41,998 bases of DNA from Nitrosopumilaceae archaeon (GCA_030697975.1 JAUYOQ010000131.1:1-41998), one strand, 5' to 3'. Positions 26,039 through 34,919 are shown, counted from the first letter of the stretch. Made by a program: numbers and translations. The notes: generated by a model from the sequence alone, not told the origin.

Positions 26039-27358
26039 ATGGCAAGTTCTTACAAAAATTCTTACAAGAGAATTTTTTCAATGCTTAAAGAACATAACAA
26101 ATGGTTTGAGAATTCCATTCCTCTAATAGCAAGTGAAAATGTTCCTAGTCCAGCAGTAAAAGAAGCAATACTTTCTGATTTTGGAAACCGTTACGCAGAA
26201 GGATGGCCTGGTGAACGTGTTTATGCTGGCTGTATATACATAGACAAAGTAGAGTTTGAATGCATGAAACTTGCAAAGGCTCTATTCAAAGCAGAATTTG
26301 CAGATGTGCGGCCCATTTCTGGAGTTATTGCAAATCTTGCTGTATATTGTGGATTTACTAATCCAGGGGATGTAATGCTTGCGCCATCAATTCCTGCTGG
26401 CGGGCATATTTCACATGGAAAAAAAGAACATTCAGGTACTGCGGGTTTGGTTCATGGTCTTGATATAGAATTCTATCCCTTTGATGCAGAAGAAATGACA
26501 ATAGATGTTGATAAGACAAAAAACAAAATTGAAGAACTAAAGAACTCAAACAAATTGCCTAAAATGGCAATGTTTGGAGGATCGTTGTTTCTGTTTCCTC
26601 ATCCTGTAAAAGAACTAGCAGATTTTCTAAAAAGTTATAATATTCATATTAATTACGATGCTGCTCATGTAGCAGGTCTAATTGCGGGGGGGCAGTTTCA
26701 AGATCCTTTACGAGAGGGAGCTGACACCATGACTATGAGCACCCACAAGACTCTATTTGGACCGCAAGGTGGTTTGGTGTTAGGTTTTGAAAAACACGCT
26801 GACGTAATCAAAAAGGCCATATTTCCAGGTCTTACAAGTAGCCATCACATACATCACATGGCTGCAAAAGCAATAACGTTTGCAGAGGCATTAGAATTTG
26901 GAAAGGATTATGCTAAACAAGTAATTAAAAATGCTAAAGCATTAGCTGAAGCATTAAGTGATTTTGGTTTCAAGATGCTTGGAGAGAAAAGAGGATTTAC
27001 AAAATCACACCAGATAGCTGTTAATGTTCTTGATTACTCTGATGGGGGAAAAGTAGAAGCAGATTTAGAAAAAGCAAACATTATTGTAAACAGACAGTTA
27101 ATACCTGGAGACATCAAGGCAGGACGAAATTATTATCATCCTGGAGGAATCAGACTTGGCGTATCAGAGATAACAAGACTTGGAATGAAAGAAGCAGAAA
27201 TGAGAGATGTTGCGTCTTTTATTAAACAAGTTGTAATTGAAAAAAGAGACCCCAAAAAGATTGTACCAAAAATAAAATTATTTAGAAGATCTTATCAAAA
27301 GGTTCATTATTGTTTTGATAAAAAACTTGGCGCTTATGAATATGTAAAACTTCGATGA
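26039..27358 (+). CDS. glyA: serine hydroxymethyltransferase
   Basis: PLP-lysine motif TMSTHKTLFGPQGG, with the N-terminal LIASEN motif. Confidence 0.9.
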   Translation: MASSYKNSYKRIFSMLKEHNKWFENSIPLIASENVPSPAVKEAILSDFGNRYAEGWPGERVYAGCIYIDKVEFECMKLAKALFKAEFADVRPISGVIANLAVYCGFTNPGDVMLAPSIPAGGHISHGKKEHSGTAGLVHGLDIEFYPFDAEEMTIDVDKTKNKIEELKNSNKLPKMAMFGGSLFLFPHPVKELADFLKSYNIHINYDAAHVAGLIAGGQFQDPLREGADTMTMSTHKTLFGPQGGLVLGFEKHADVIKKAIFPGLTSSHHIHHMAAKAITFAEALEFGKDYAKQVIKNAKALAEALSDFGFKMLGEKRGFTKSHQIAVNVLDYSDGGKVEADLEKANIIVNRQLIPGDIKAGRNYYHPGGIRLGVSEITRLGMKEAEMRDVASFIKQVVIEKRDPKKIVPKIKLFRRSYQKVHYCFDKKLGAYEYVKLR

Positions 27359-27364
27359 TATAGA

Positions 27365-30300
27365 TTAGGCATAATCTGTAAGAAGAAGTTGATCGCCTTT
27401 ATTTTTGCCAAAGACTAGATCAATTTCATCTGCTAATGTTTGGACTCTCGTTTTTAGATAAGGATTGGTTTCGTATTTTTCGGTCAACCGTTTAGCCAGT
27501 TTTAGATATTTTTCAACTGATGCTCTTGTAATTGTTTGAATAAGGTTGTTGCCACAACTACATTTTTGTGCTAGTGGGATTCGTCTATAACTTCGGCCAC
27601 ACGCAGTACATCTAAAACTTTGTTGTCCATATGCTCTGAGATTTCCCATAATATCTGGTAGGAGATGGGTCGTAATCACATGTGAAACAATCTCATTTGT
27701 GTCTACAGCATTGATAAGATCAGCATTTCGAATTTGCATATCAAGTTTTTCAATCATAGAACCAAGTGTTGAATATGCACTTCTAGATTTAGTTGTAGTA
27801 ATGGTAGATGTTGGATGTGTATAATGATAACCATAAAACTCCTCTTTTGTTTCAAGTCGCGACTTGAGTATATCGATTGTAGTTATGCTTGTAGCTTTCT
27901 GATTTAATGTTGTTGATTCATAAAATGAGAGTGGAAATTTTTCTGTAACTTCAAAGTTATGAGCTTGTGGTTGTGACTCATGTGGTACAACTATTGGCTG
28001 TATGAGAAGTGGTGCGTCCATAAGACCACCTATCCTGTCTGAGAGAAACTGGCGAGAGAAATTTAATAAACTATCCATTAAAAGCATAATAGAGTCGGCG
28101 TCTCCATCAGCATCGCGTCGTTTAGCTGAATGCCATATTGGGGTTGCAAAACAAACTTGTGTGTCAGTGAACCCAATAGTTCTTCCAACGATACCAACAG
28201 AGGTATGTGGCGCCAGCCCAATTATTAGATGGCCTAATAGATCGTCTATAGTTTTAACATTGTAAAATTCGGTTTTTCCATAGAGTTTGGTTAGTTCTGT
28301 ATCTATGTATTTACAGGCATTAACAAGATGTTTTCCACACTCTATGGGAAGTACTACGTCTTGTATTTTTAGCTCAATTATTTGATCTGAATTATTTAGA
28401 GGATGACCATCTTTGTCATGAGTATAGCCCAGATTCTTTAGTTTTTCAACTGATGTTCCAATCCAAGATGGTTTAAAATGAGTAAGTGGGCAATTGGTTG
28501 CATCAAACCTCACAGTACCATCTTTGAAAACCGTCAGTCCATATTTTTGTCTAATAAGTCCTTTTTCAAGTGGTTCAGCAATTTTGTCTTGGCTGATTAG
28601 TTCTTTTACTCCCTTGAAAGGCTCTTGTGCACGGATTAAAGTTTTTTCTTGTGCTAAGAGTAATGATGTCTTTAATGGAAAGAGTTTGTAGGAATGTGAT
28701 GATGCTGTTTTTTTACATTTTTGACAAAAAGGCGAGGTAAGATTTTCTCTACATATTCGACAAGTGTATACAACTGATGTTTTGTTGCCACATCTTTTGC
28801 ATGCTATGCTTATAGAAGGTTCATTGCACTTTTGACAAATACGGTTATGAATATTAGAATAGAAACTATCATGGTTTGAGGCTTTTAGCAAGTCTCGTGT
28901 AGGACCACCTTTATCACCTACTGGAAAAAGTACGTGTACGGGGGGCTTCATTTGCCGCAAGGCCGCCTTTTCTGGTCTTCCAATTCTAACTCCTACAGAT
29001 GTTGAAAATTTATTACGAATTATAATTCCTGAAGAATCTGATATTAGTTTAGGTACAGTGAGTGAATTGTCTAGTTTGATTGGATTTCTGAAAAGTAAAT
29101 TAAAGAAGATTTTGGCTTCAGTATTTTTTAGTGTGATAGTATCATCTAAGACTTCGTGCGGTGTTCCAAGTTTTTCTAAAATAGGTTTACAGTCTTTTGA
29201 GTAGTAAATAACATCGTTCCGAATATCAAGTGGATGTAAAATGGTCTTAAACTCATCTATAGTGATTTGATCCCAATAATACAGATACTGTGGGTGTAGT
29301 GGAATTTGAAAATCTAATGAAATTGTTATTGCCTCATCTAAAGTGGGGGCTTCATTTAGAAATCTAGATAGATGTGTATTTTTATCATCTGGTTCATATT
29401 TTGAAATCTTTTCACGTAGTTGTTCTGCCCATACTTCTTCTACATAACCTGTTGGTACAAGTTGGGCATTATTTTCTAGAAAATCTCCAAATGAGATAAG
29501 AATGTCTCCTAAATGAAGGATTTTTTCAATTTCGTTTTTTATTTTGATTGCGTGTTTGGCATCATGAATTTTTATTACGTTGCCATTTTTGAGCCTGACT
29601 ATTGGTGTTTCTATCGAATCAACAAATCCTACAGTCGCACCTTTGCCAGGTATATCAAGTTTAACTTGAGTTCCAACTGTTATGGCATGATCTAGAATTT
29701 CTGCTATTACGGGATGAATTCCAATACATGCAAATCCTGTGTTACATGCTCTACCATATCGAAGTCTAAACCCCCCAAGTTTTTTTGGTAATGATAAAAC
29801 GGATCTCCCAACAATTACCTCTTCCATTCTCTTAGCTGCGGAGTCTTCTTTGTCTCCTGTCTGAATAGCGCCTTTTAGTTCGCTTAACCACTCCCATCCT
29901 TCTAGATCATATTGTTGAATCCTTTGTAGGAGTTTTTTGGATCTACCTATAAGACCGTCGTTTAGAACACGTAAGGCGCCCCCTCTTACCCGATCAGTTT
30001 TAATGCGCTTCATGTTTTTGTGATTAATTACTTCAAACGGATCGGTATCAACGCCGTCAAGTTCTACAGGTAGGTTTGAGATAGTTGTTACTACATCTTC
30101 ATCAAGAACATGAAATTGAAAGCTTCCTTGAGCCTCTCTTTCATACACTCTTAATTCCTCAATAAAACGGCCCGTTTCATCATCAAAGGAATTTGCTTGG
30201 TATTTACCAAGGCCTACTGCCTTTCTTACATGATCAGCTATTAACATTGTTACTGCCGACTCTGTTCCGCCTGCTGATCTCATTGGTCCTGCAATAGATA

Positions 30301-30751
30301 CTGATAGGTATTCAGAACCGTCTTTGTTTTGTTTGATTTTAACCTTGTTTATTCCTTGTAATGGTGCAATAGTTACTCCTTCTGTTACTATTGCAAGACC
30401 TACTCTAACTGCAAGATCAAGTCTTTCTTCAAGCGGGGTATTAGGAGGCAAATGATTCCCCAATGCGATGTCTTTTGAGATAATTAGAGCAGATAACTCC
30501 TTACCATTTGTTTTTAGGAGTTGTCTTAGGTGGTCAGCTATATCTATGTCATGCATTTTTGCTACACGATCAGCCAGATCAAATGCGATTTTTGGCTCCA
30601 CTATTCCTGATGAATCTACTAATGTTGATTTGGCACTTGCTGCTTTTTCAAAAATAGTATAGGCTTCTTTTGAGATGTTGGCATAATAATCAAAATAGTA
30701 ATCTGGCATTAAAATTTCTTTTATGCGAGATATTGCATAGTTTTCAGACAT
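27365..30751 (-). CDS. polC: DNA polymerase II (PolD) large subunit DP2
   Basis: 1128 aa. Internal Cys-cluster zinc fingers (CQKCNE..CKRCGN..CRIC..CQKC) and a C-terminal CTACG..CSCG finger. The overall pattern is that of PolD catalytic subunits. No intein-like insertion is evident. Confidence 0.93.
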   Translation of the reverse strand: MSENYAISRIKEILMPDYYFDYYANISKEAYTIFEKAASAKSTLVDSSGIVEPKIAFDLADRVAKMHDIDIADHLRQLLKTNGKELSALIISKDIALGNHLPPNTPLEERLDLAVRVGLAIVTEGVTIAPLQGINKVKIKQNKDGSEYLSVSIAGPMRSAGGTESAVTMLIADHVRKAVGLGKYQANSFDDETGRFIEELRVYEREAQGSFQFHVLDEDVVTTISNLPVELDGVDTDPFEVINHKNMKRIKTDRVRGGALRVLNDGLIGRSKKLLQRIQQYDLEGWEWLSELKGAIQTGDKEDSAAKRMEEVIVGRSVLSLPKKLGGFRLRYGRACNTGFACIGIHPVIAEILDHAITVGTQVKLDIPGKGATVGFVDSIETPIVRLKNGNVIKIHDAKHAIKIKNEIEKILHLGDILISFGDFLENNAQLVPTGYVEEVWAEQLREKISKYEPDDKNTHLSRFLNEAPTLDEAITISLDFQIPLHPQYLYYWDQITIDEFKTILHPLDIRNDVIYYSKDCKPILEKLGTPHEVLDDTITLKNTEAKIFFNLLFRNPIKLDNSLTVPKLISDSSGIIIRNKFSTSVGVRIGRPEKAALRQMKPPVHVLFPVGDKGGPTRDLLKASNHDSFYSNIHNRICQKCNEPSISIACKRCGNKTSVVYTCRICRENLTSPFCQKCKKTASSHSYKLFPLKTSLLLAQEKTLIRAQEPFKGVKELISQDKIAEPLEKGLIRQKYGLTVFKDGTVRFDATNCPLTHFKPSWIGTSVEKLKNLGYTHDKDGHPLNNSDQIIELKIQDVVLPIECGKHLVNACKYIDTELTKLYGKTEFYNVKTIDDLLGHLIIGLAPHTSVGIVGRTIGFTDTQVCFATPIWHSAKRRDADGDADSIMLLMDSLLNFSRQFLSDRIGGLMDAPLLIQPIVVPHESQPQAHNFEVTEKFPLSFYESTTLNQKATSITTIDILKSRLETKEEFYGYHYTHPTSTITTTKSRSAYSTLGSMIEKLDMQIRNADLINAVDTNEIVSHVITTHLLPDIMGNLRAYGQQSFRCTACGRSYRRIPLAQKCSCGNNLIQTITRASVEKYLKLAKRLTEKYETNPYLKTRVQTLADEIDLVFGKNKGDQLLLTDYA

Positions 30752-30754
30752 CTG

Positions 30755-31507
30755 TTATTTCTTTATGTTTTGAATGGTTTTTGAGATTTCTGCTAGTTTT
30801 TGTAGGCTGCCTTTTTTCTCAAGTAGAGTACCAATTACCAAAACATCTGCTCCTGCTTTTACAAGTGTTTTAGCAGTTTTTGAATCTTTGATGCCGCCTC
30901 CAACAATAAGAATCCCATCAAAGACCTTACGAACTTCCTTGACCATTTCTGGTTTTACGTTTAAAGTCGCGCCTGAGCCAGCTTCAAGATATACAAATCT
31001 CATCCCAAAAAACTGTGCTGCCAGAGAGTAGGCTGCAGCAATTTTTGGTTTATCAAAAGGAATCCCCCTAGCAGCGCCTACAAACCATGCAGATGTTCCT
31101 TCTCCAATCACCAAATATGCTGTTGGAAGTGGCTCTAAACCAAATTTTTTAACGCTTGGTGCGCCAAGAGCCTGTGCCTGAGAAATAAAATATGGATTTT
31201 CAGAATTCATTAATGAACTAAATAAAATTGCATCAGCGTGTGGAACTACGCCTGTAATATTTCCAGGGAATAGAATTATTGGGATTTTAATTGTTTTTTT
31301 TAGATTTTTTACAAGTTCTGCCATCTCAATCTGATCCGTTGCAGAAGAACCTCCTACCAGTATAGCTGAGGCACCTAGTTTTTCTACCTCTTTTGCAAGC
31401 TTTACTGCAGAATTTACATTAGAGACCTCAGAATCGATTAAAACAAAGAGTAATGCTGATTTCTTTACTAGTTGTGATTTTAAGTTTGTTTCAACATGGC
31501 CAGCCAT
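30755..31507 (-). CDS. geranylgeranylglyceryl phosphate synthase (PcrB/GGGPS family)
   Basis: TIM-barrel pattern with FPGN, YLEAGSGA and VGGGIKD motifs. 250 aa. Confidence 0.75.
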   Translation of the reverse strand: MAGHVETNLKSQLVKKSALLFVLIDSEVSNVNSAVKLAKEVEKLGASAILVGGSSATDQIEMAELVKNLKKTIKIPIILFPGNITGVVPHADAILFSSLMNSENPYFISQAQALGAPSVKKFGLEPLPTAYLVIGEGTSAWFVGAARGIPFDKPKIAAAYSLAAQFFGMRFVYLEAGSGATLNVKPEMVKEVRKVFDGILIVGGGIKDSKTAKTLVKAGADVLVIGTLLEKKGSLQKLAEISKTIQNIKK

Positions 31508-31571
31508 AACTGAGGTTTTCTCGTGACTCTTTAAAGTTTAATTGGAATGAGGTATACGGAATTGTATAGCT

Positions 31572-31934
31572 ATGGAAGGATCTGAATCTTATAGATTTAA
31601 TAATATTATTAAAGAGATTATCAAAAAATCATTGTTTACAGAACGACAAATTGAAATAATTTTAAAATATAAAAATTTGATAGAAACTAAACTTAGCATC
31701 TCCAAAGGCGCATATTACAGACAGGTAAGTCAGTCTAAAGAAAAATTATTAAGGTTTTATTATTCAGTCGTTCTCCTTCGTGGTTTAGGCATAGTATTGC
31801 CTGATGATATTGATATGATGTCTCAGCTTTCTGAGCAGGTTTCTGTGATAAAAGATGGTGATGTTTTTCCCGAGCGAGAGTTAGAAATCATTGATGTGAT
31901 AGATAAAATGATCAAGCAGTTAAACAAGATGTGA
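31572..31934 (+). CDS. hypothetical protein, possible HTH
   Basis: 120 aa. LFTERQIEIIL...ISKGAYYRQVSQSKEKL resembles a sigma-r4/LuxR-like HTH. The assignment is weak. Confidence 0.35.
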   Translation: MEGSESYRFNNIIKEIIKKSLFTERQIEIILKYKNLIETKLSISKGAYYRQVSQSKEKLLRFYYSVVLLRGLGIVLPDDIDMMSQLSEQVSVIKDGDVFPERELEIIDVIDKMIKQLNKM

Positions 31935-32027
31935 TTTTTGTTCCAATGTACAGAGTAAGATGGGGTTTATTGTGATTATTTAATGATATTTTCTTTCATG
32001 TAAAGTGTGAAATTATGTTGTTCTATT

Positions 32028-32624
32028 ATGATAAATCACAAACATCTGTTGTTGTTTGTGATGTTAGTTGAGATTCCTGATCCTGAAGTAATATTAAGTA
32101 TAGTTATTGCGTTTTTTATTGGATTGTTTGCATTGTATTTATACACAAAAATTCATGTTTTAAAGGCTAATTCATCTGCGTCAAATTTAGAGCGTTTAGA
32201 CTATTATGAAAGGCAGTTAATTGATATGAAAATACGTTTGGACGCACTAGATTTATTGGATGTTGAACCATGGTCTGAGAGTAATAACCAGTATTCAAAG
32301 CAGGTATTAGAGAATTCACCCAAAAAACAGGAATTGATTAAAGGTGTCGCAGTTCAAGGTTTGAAAAAACAACGACTGCCTAACTTGAATTCTAATGATA
32401 TGATAGATGTGATATTAGGATTAATCATGGATAAGCCAATGACATCACATGATATACAAATCACAATAGGTAGAACTAGAGAACATGTTTCTAGACTAAT
32501 GAAAAAGCTTTATCAAGATGGTTTGGTGGGAAGAAATACCAAAACTAAACCATATGCATACTCTATCACAGAGTCAGGTAAAACAAAAGTCGATTTATTA
32601 AAAAATAGTCCCATAACAGCGTAA
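32028..32624 (+). CDS. membrane-tethered winged-helix DNA-binding protein
   Basis: One TM helix (VILSIVIAFFIGLFALYLY), a coiled-coil linker and a C-terminal wHTH (MTSHDIQITIGRTREHVSRLMKKLYQDGLV). The start is uncertain among GTG 32007, ATG 32028 and ATG 32061. Confidence 0.5.
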   Translation: MINHKHLLLFVMLVEIPDPEVILSIVIAFFIGLFALYLYTKIHVLKANSSASNLERLDYYERQLIDMKIRLDALDLLDVEPWSESNNQYSKQVLENSPKKQELIKGVAVQGLKKQRLPNLNSNDMIDVILGLIMDKPMTSHDIQITIGRTREHVSRLMKKLYQDGLVGRNTKTKPYAYSITESGKTKVDLLKNSPITA

Positions 32625-32701
32625 ATTTACCAATAATTATATTAAAATCATAAACCAATATATAATAAAATTATATATATTATAATTGTATAAATTAATG
32701 T

Positions 32702-32860
32702 GTGGTAGATGAAAATGTTGAATTGGTAAAAATAACATCTGGAGGCACTGTCTCTATCCCAAAACAGTTTAGGCGTTATTTGGAGATGCAGAAGGGAGAC
32801 TATGTAAAGATGGTTTTAGAAGGCGACCATCTATTAGTTAAAAAAGTGAATATTTCCTAA
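32702..32860 (+). CDS. AbrB/SpoVT-type DNA-binding protein (52 aa), absent from the ORF track
   Basis: My translation is VDENVELVKITSGGTVSIPKQFRRYLEMQKGDYVKMVLEGDHLLVKKVNIS*. It shows the swapped-hairpin pattern (G-x-V-x-IPK-x-R..L....GD.V). The start is GTG, right after an in-frame TAA. Confidence 0.5.
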   Translation: MVDENVELVKITSGGTVSIPKQFRRYLEMQKGDYVKMVLEGDHLLVKKVNIS

Positions 32861-33246
32861 AGCTCTGGATGTTTTTGTGAAATTTTTATAATTTGATATG
32901 TCCATTCCCTTCCTGTTTTTAGACGTTCTATTCTTCCTTTTAAAGCAAACCTGGATAGGTATGTAGAGATGATGCTTAGTTTGATTGGTTCCTCATATTC
33001 GTCTTCATACTTTTCAAGTATAGTAGATGATGTGAACTTCCCTATAGGGAAGTGTTTGTCTACTATATTCCAAATTTTCCCCCCCACCGAATCTAATTGG
33101 GCTGCTTCCTGGCCTTCTATATTCATAAGATCCATTAACTCAAATATCTTGAGTATTTTTTCTCTGGTTACATTACCCTCAATGTTAAAGTTGTATTTTG
33201 CTCCCTCATGATCCTCTAAGTCTATTCGTATGCGCTTCCTAGCCAT
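32857..33246 (-). CDS. hypothetical protein with a possible C-terminal winged helix
   Basis: I prefer ATG 33246 (MARKRIRIDLED...). The track's longer start (33321) would run through the GTTAACA motif array. The C-terminus IISTYLSRFALKGRIERLKTGREWTYQI looks wHTH-like. Confidence 0.4.
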   Translation of the reverse strand: MARKRIRIDLEDHEGAKYNFNIEGNVTREKILKIFELMDLMNIEGQEAAQLDSVGGKIWNIVDKHFPIGKFTSSTILEKYEDEYEEPIKLSIISTYLSRFALKGRIERLKTGREWTYQIIKISQKHPEL

Positions 33247-33403
33247 TGTGATCAGTGACAGTAATACGTTAACAGTTGAACGGATCCGGTAAGATTTGTT
33301 AACAAGTTGATTTGTTAACATTGACTGTGTAAGCCACGCCTATTAGATTTTTTTATTTTAACAATCTTGTATTTTTTATATATCAAAAATTAAATGTTTT
33401 TGT

Positions 33404-33430
33404 GCCTGGAGTGGAAATAATGGGGTCAAA
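33404..33430 (+). repeat. ORB-like element 1
   Basis: GCCTGGAGTGGAAATAATGGGGTCAAA is identical to the copy at 33466-33492. It has a GTGGAAA core plus a downstream GGGG string, as in archaeal origin recognition boxes. Confidence 0.6.
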
Positions 33431-33465
33431 TCTTTGATATTAACAATGTTAACGTTCATTTTAAC

Positions 33466-33492
33466 GCCTGGAGTGGAAATAATGGGGTCAAA
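33466..33492 (+). repeat. ORB-like element 2
   Basis: A perfect 27-bp direct repeat of element 1, with 62 bp from start to start. Confidence 0.6.
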
Positions 33493-33547
33493 ATTCGCTG
33501 TTTTATCATTACCTTAACAGGAAGTTAACAATTTGTTATCACTTCTA

Positions 33548-33570
33548 CCCACACACCTATATTTCCACTC
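33548..33570 (-). repeat. inverted mini-ORB-like element
   Basis: The reverse complement, GAGTGGAAATATAGGTGTGTGGG, shares GAGTGGAAATA with ORB1 and ORB2. The G-string half is degenerate. Confidence 0.45.
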
Positions 33571-33677
33571 TTTTTATTTTAAAATTTTTTAAAAAGGAGA
33601 AATCTAACTAAAAATATTTAATTCTAAACTAAACTACAGTTAGTTTTCTATCCTAAACACAATACATGTAGGATTTG

Positions 33678-33684
33678 TTATATT
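33678..33684 (+). promoter_or_regulatory. candidate TATA box of orc1/cdc6
   Basis: TTATATT lies about 30 nt upstream of ATG 33711. Confidence 0.25.
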
Positions 33685-33710
33685 GAGTAGAAACAAAGGT
33701 GTGTGGATTT

Positions 33711-34916
33711 ATGGAAACAGATCCTGTTGATAAACTATTAGATGCTGTAGAGTCTGGCAAATCACTGATTACTAATAGAGAAATCTTACACTTTACATAC
33801 ATTCCAAACACAATTCCACATAGAAACTCTGAACAAGAGCAAATCACCCAAACATTAATACCGATTTTAAAACACTCTCGTCCATCAAATCTCTTAGTAT
33901 ATGGTAAACCAGGTACTGGGAAAACACTCGTTGTAAAGAAAATCTTATCCCAAATCCAAAAAAGAGTCGAAAAAAGCAATTTTCCGATTAAACTTGTATA
34001 TGCTAATTCAAAAGAAGAAACCACGCTTTATGGCCTTTTAGTAGGCTTTGGGAGAGAACTAGGATTGGGAGAAAAAGAACTACCATCTACCGGCTTAGCA
34101 ATAAGCGAAGTCTTCAAAAGACTGCTAAAAACCATCGAGGAAAATCACTATAATGTAGTTTTTGTAATCGACGAAATTGATCATTTAGTTCATCTAGTAT
34201 CTAAAACCGGAAATGATGTACTTTACCAGCTTACACGAGCCAACGAGAGATTGAAAAAAGCAACCCTGACTTTGGTAGGCATATCAAATGATTTGACCTT
34301 TAAAGAACGTCTAGATCCAAGGGTTATCAGTAGTCTTGGCGAAGAAGAAATTGTATTTACAAACTATACTGTTGAACAACTAAAAAAAATATTAGAAGAC
34401 AGAATCCAACTAGCCTTCATAAAAGGCGCGATCGAAGAGTCATCAGTTAATCTATGTGCCGCAATGGCAGGAAGAGAGCACGGTGATGCAAGAAGGGCAA
34501 TTGATCTTCTACGAGTAGCAGGGGAAATAGCTGAAAGAGAACAATCAAACATAGTAAAAGAGGAACATGTTAGAAAAGCCTCACAAAAAATAGAAGAAGA
34601 TAAAGAGACTACCGTTCTTCGATCTTATCCCCTACATGAAAAACTACTAATTATTGCAGTAATGAAGGCTTCAGGCCTTTCAACAGGCGAGATCTATACT
34701 GCATACAAATCCCTCTGTAAGGTAATTAGGCAAAAAGAACTCACACAAAGACGGATAACCCAAATGCTAAGCGAAGTAGAGATGTCTGGAATTATCACTG
34801 GTAAAATCATTCATCAAGGAATTCATGGAAGGACTAAAAAATACAAACTAACCATATCACCTGAAATGGTAAAAAACACATTCAAAGACGAATTGACGCT
34901 TGAAGATATTTTATAA
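33711..34916 (+). CDS. cdc6: Orc1/Cdc6 replication initiator
   Basis: Walker A GKPGTGKT, Walker B VFVIDEID, sensor motifs and a C-terminal winged helix. I prefer ATG 33711 to the track's GTG 33699. Confidence 0.93.
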   Translation: METDPVDKLLDAVESGKSLITNREILHFTYIPNTIPHRNSEQEQITQTLIPILKHSRPSNLLVYGKPGTGKTLVVKKILSQIQKRVEKSNFPIKLVYANSKEETTLYGLLVGFGRELGLGEKELPSTGLAISEVFKRLLKTIEENHYNVVFVIDEIDHLVHLVSKTGNDVLYQLTRANERLKKATLTLVGISNDLTFKERLDPRVISSLGEEEIVFTNYTVEQLKKILEDRIQLAFIKGAIEESSVNLCAAMAGREHGDARRAIDLLRVAGEIAEREQSNIVKEEHVRKASQKIEEDKETTVLRSYPLHEKLLIIAVMKASGLSTGEIYTAYKSLCKVIRQKELTQRRITQMLSEVEMSGIITGKIIHQGIHGRTKKYKLTISPEMVKNTFKDELTLEDIL

Positions 34917-34919
34917 TGA

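Larger units (their letters stand above)
33322..33698. other. probable chromosomal replication origin (oriC) region
   Basis: A 377-bp intergenic region immediately upstream of orc1/cdc6. It contains ORB-like repeats in both orientations and AT tracts at about 33340-33400 and 33571-33625. Confidence 0.6.

Noticed and set aside
27365-30751. Checked the PolD large subunit for intein insertions or frameshifts.
   Set aside because: It is a single uninterrupted 1128-aa frame of ordinary DP2 length, with no obvious intein block motifs.
32702-33246. AbrB-like ORF plus the neighbouring 129-aa gene as a toxin-antitoxin pair.
   Set aside because: The genes are convergent rather than co-oriented, and the partner shows no PIN, MazF or other toxin motifs.
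33404-33492. Considered whether the two identical 27-bp repeats could be a minimal CRISPR array or the termini of a mobile element.
   Set aside because: There are only two direct copies, with no cas genes or leader. A third, inverted partial copy is present, and the location directly upstream of cdc6 fits ORB elements much better.
33653-34024. 123-aa minus-strand ORF overlapping the origin edge and the cdc6 5' end.
   Set aside because: It is antisense to the strongly supported Orc1/Cdc6 gene and has Cys/Phe-rich low-complexity composition typical of antisense frames.
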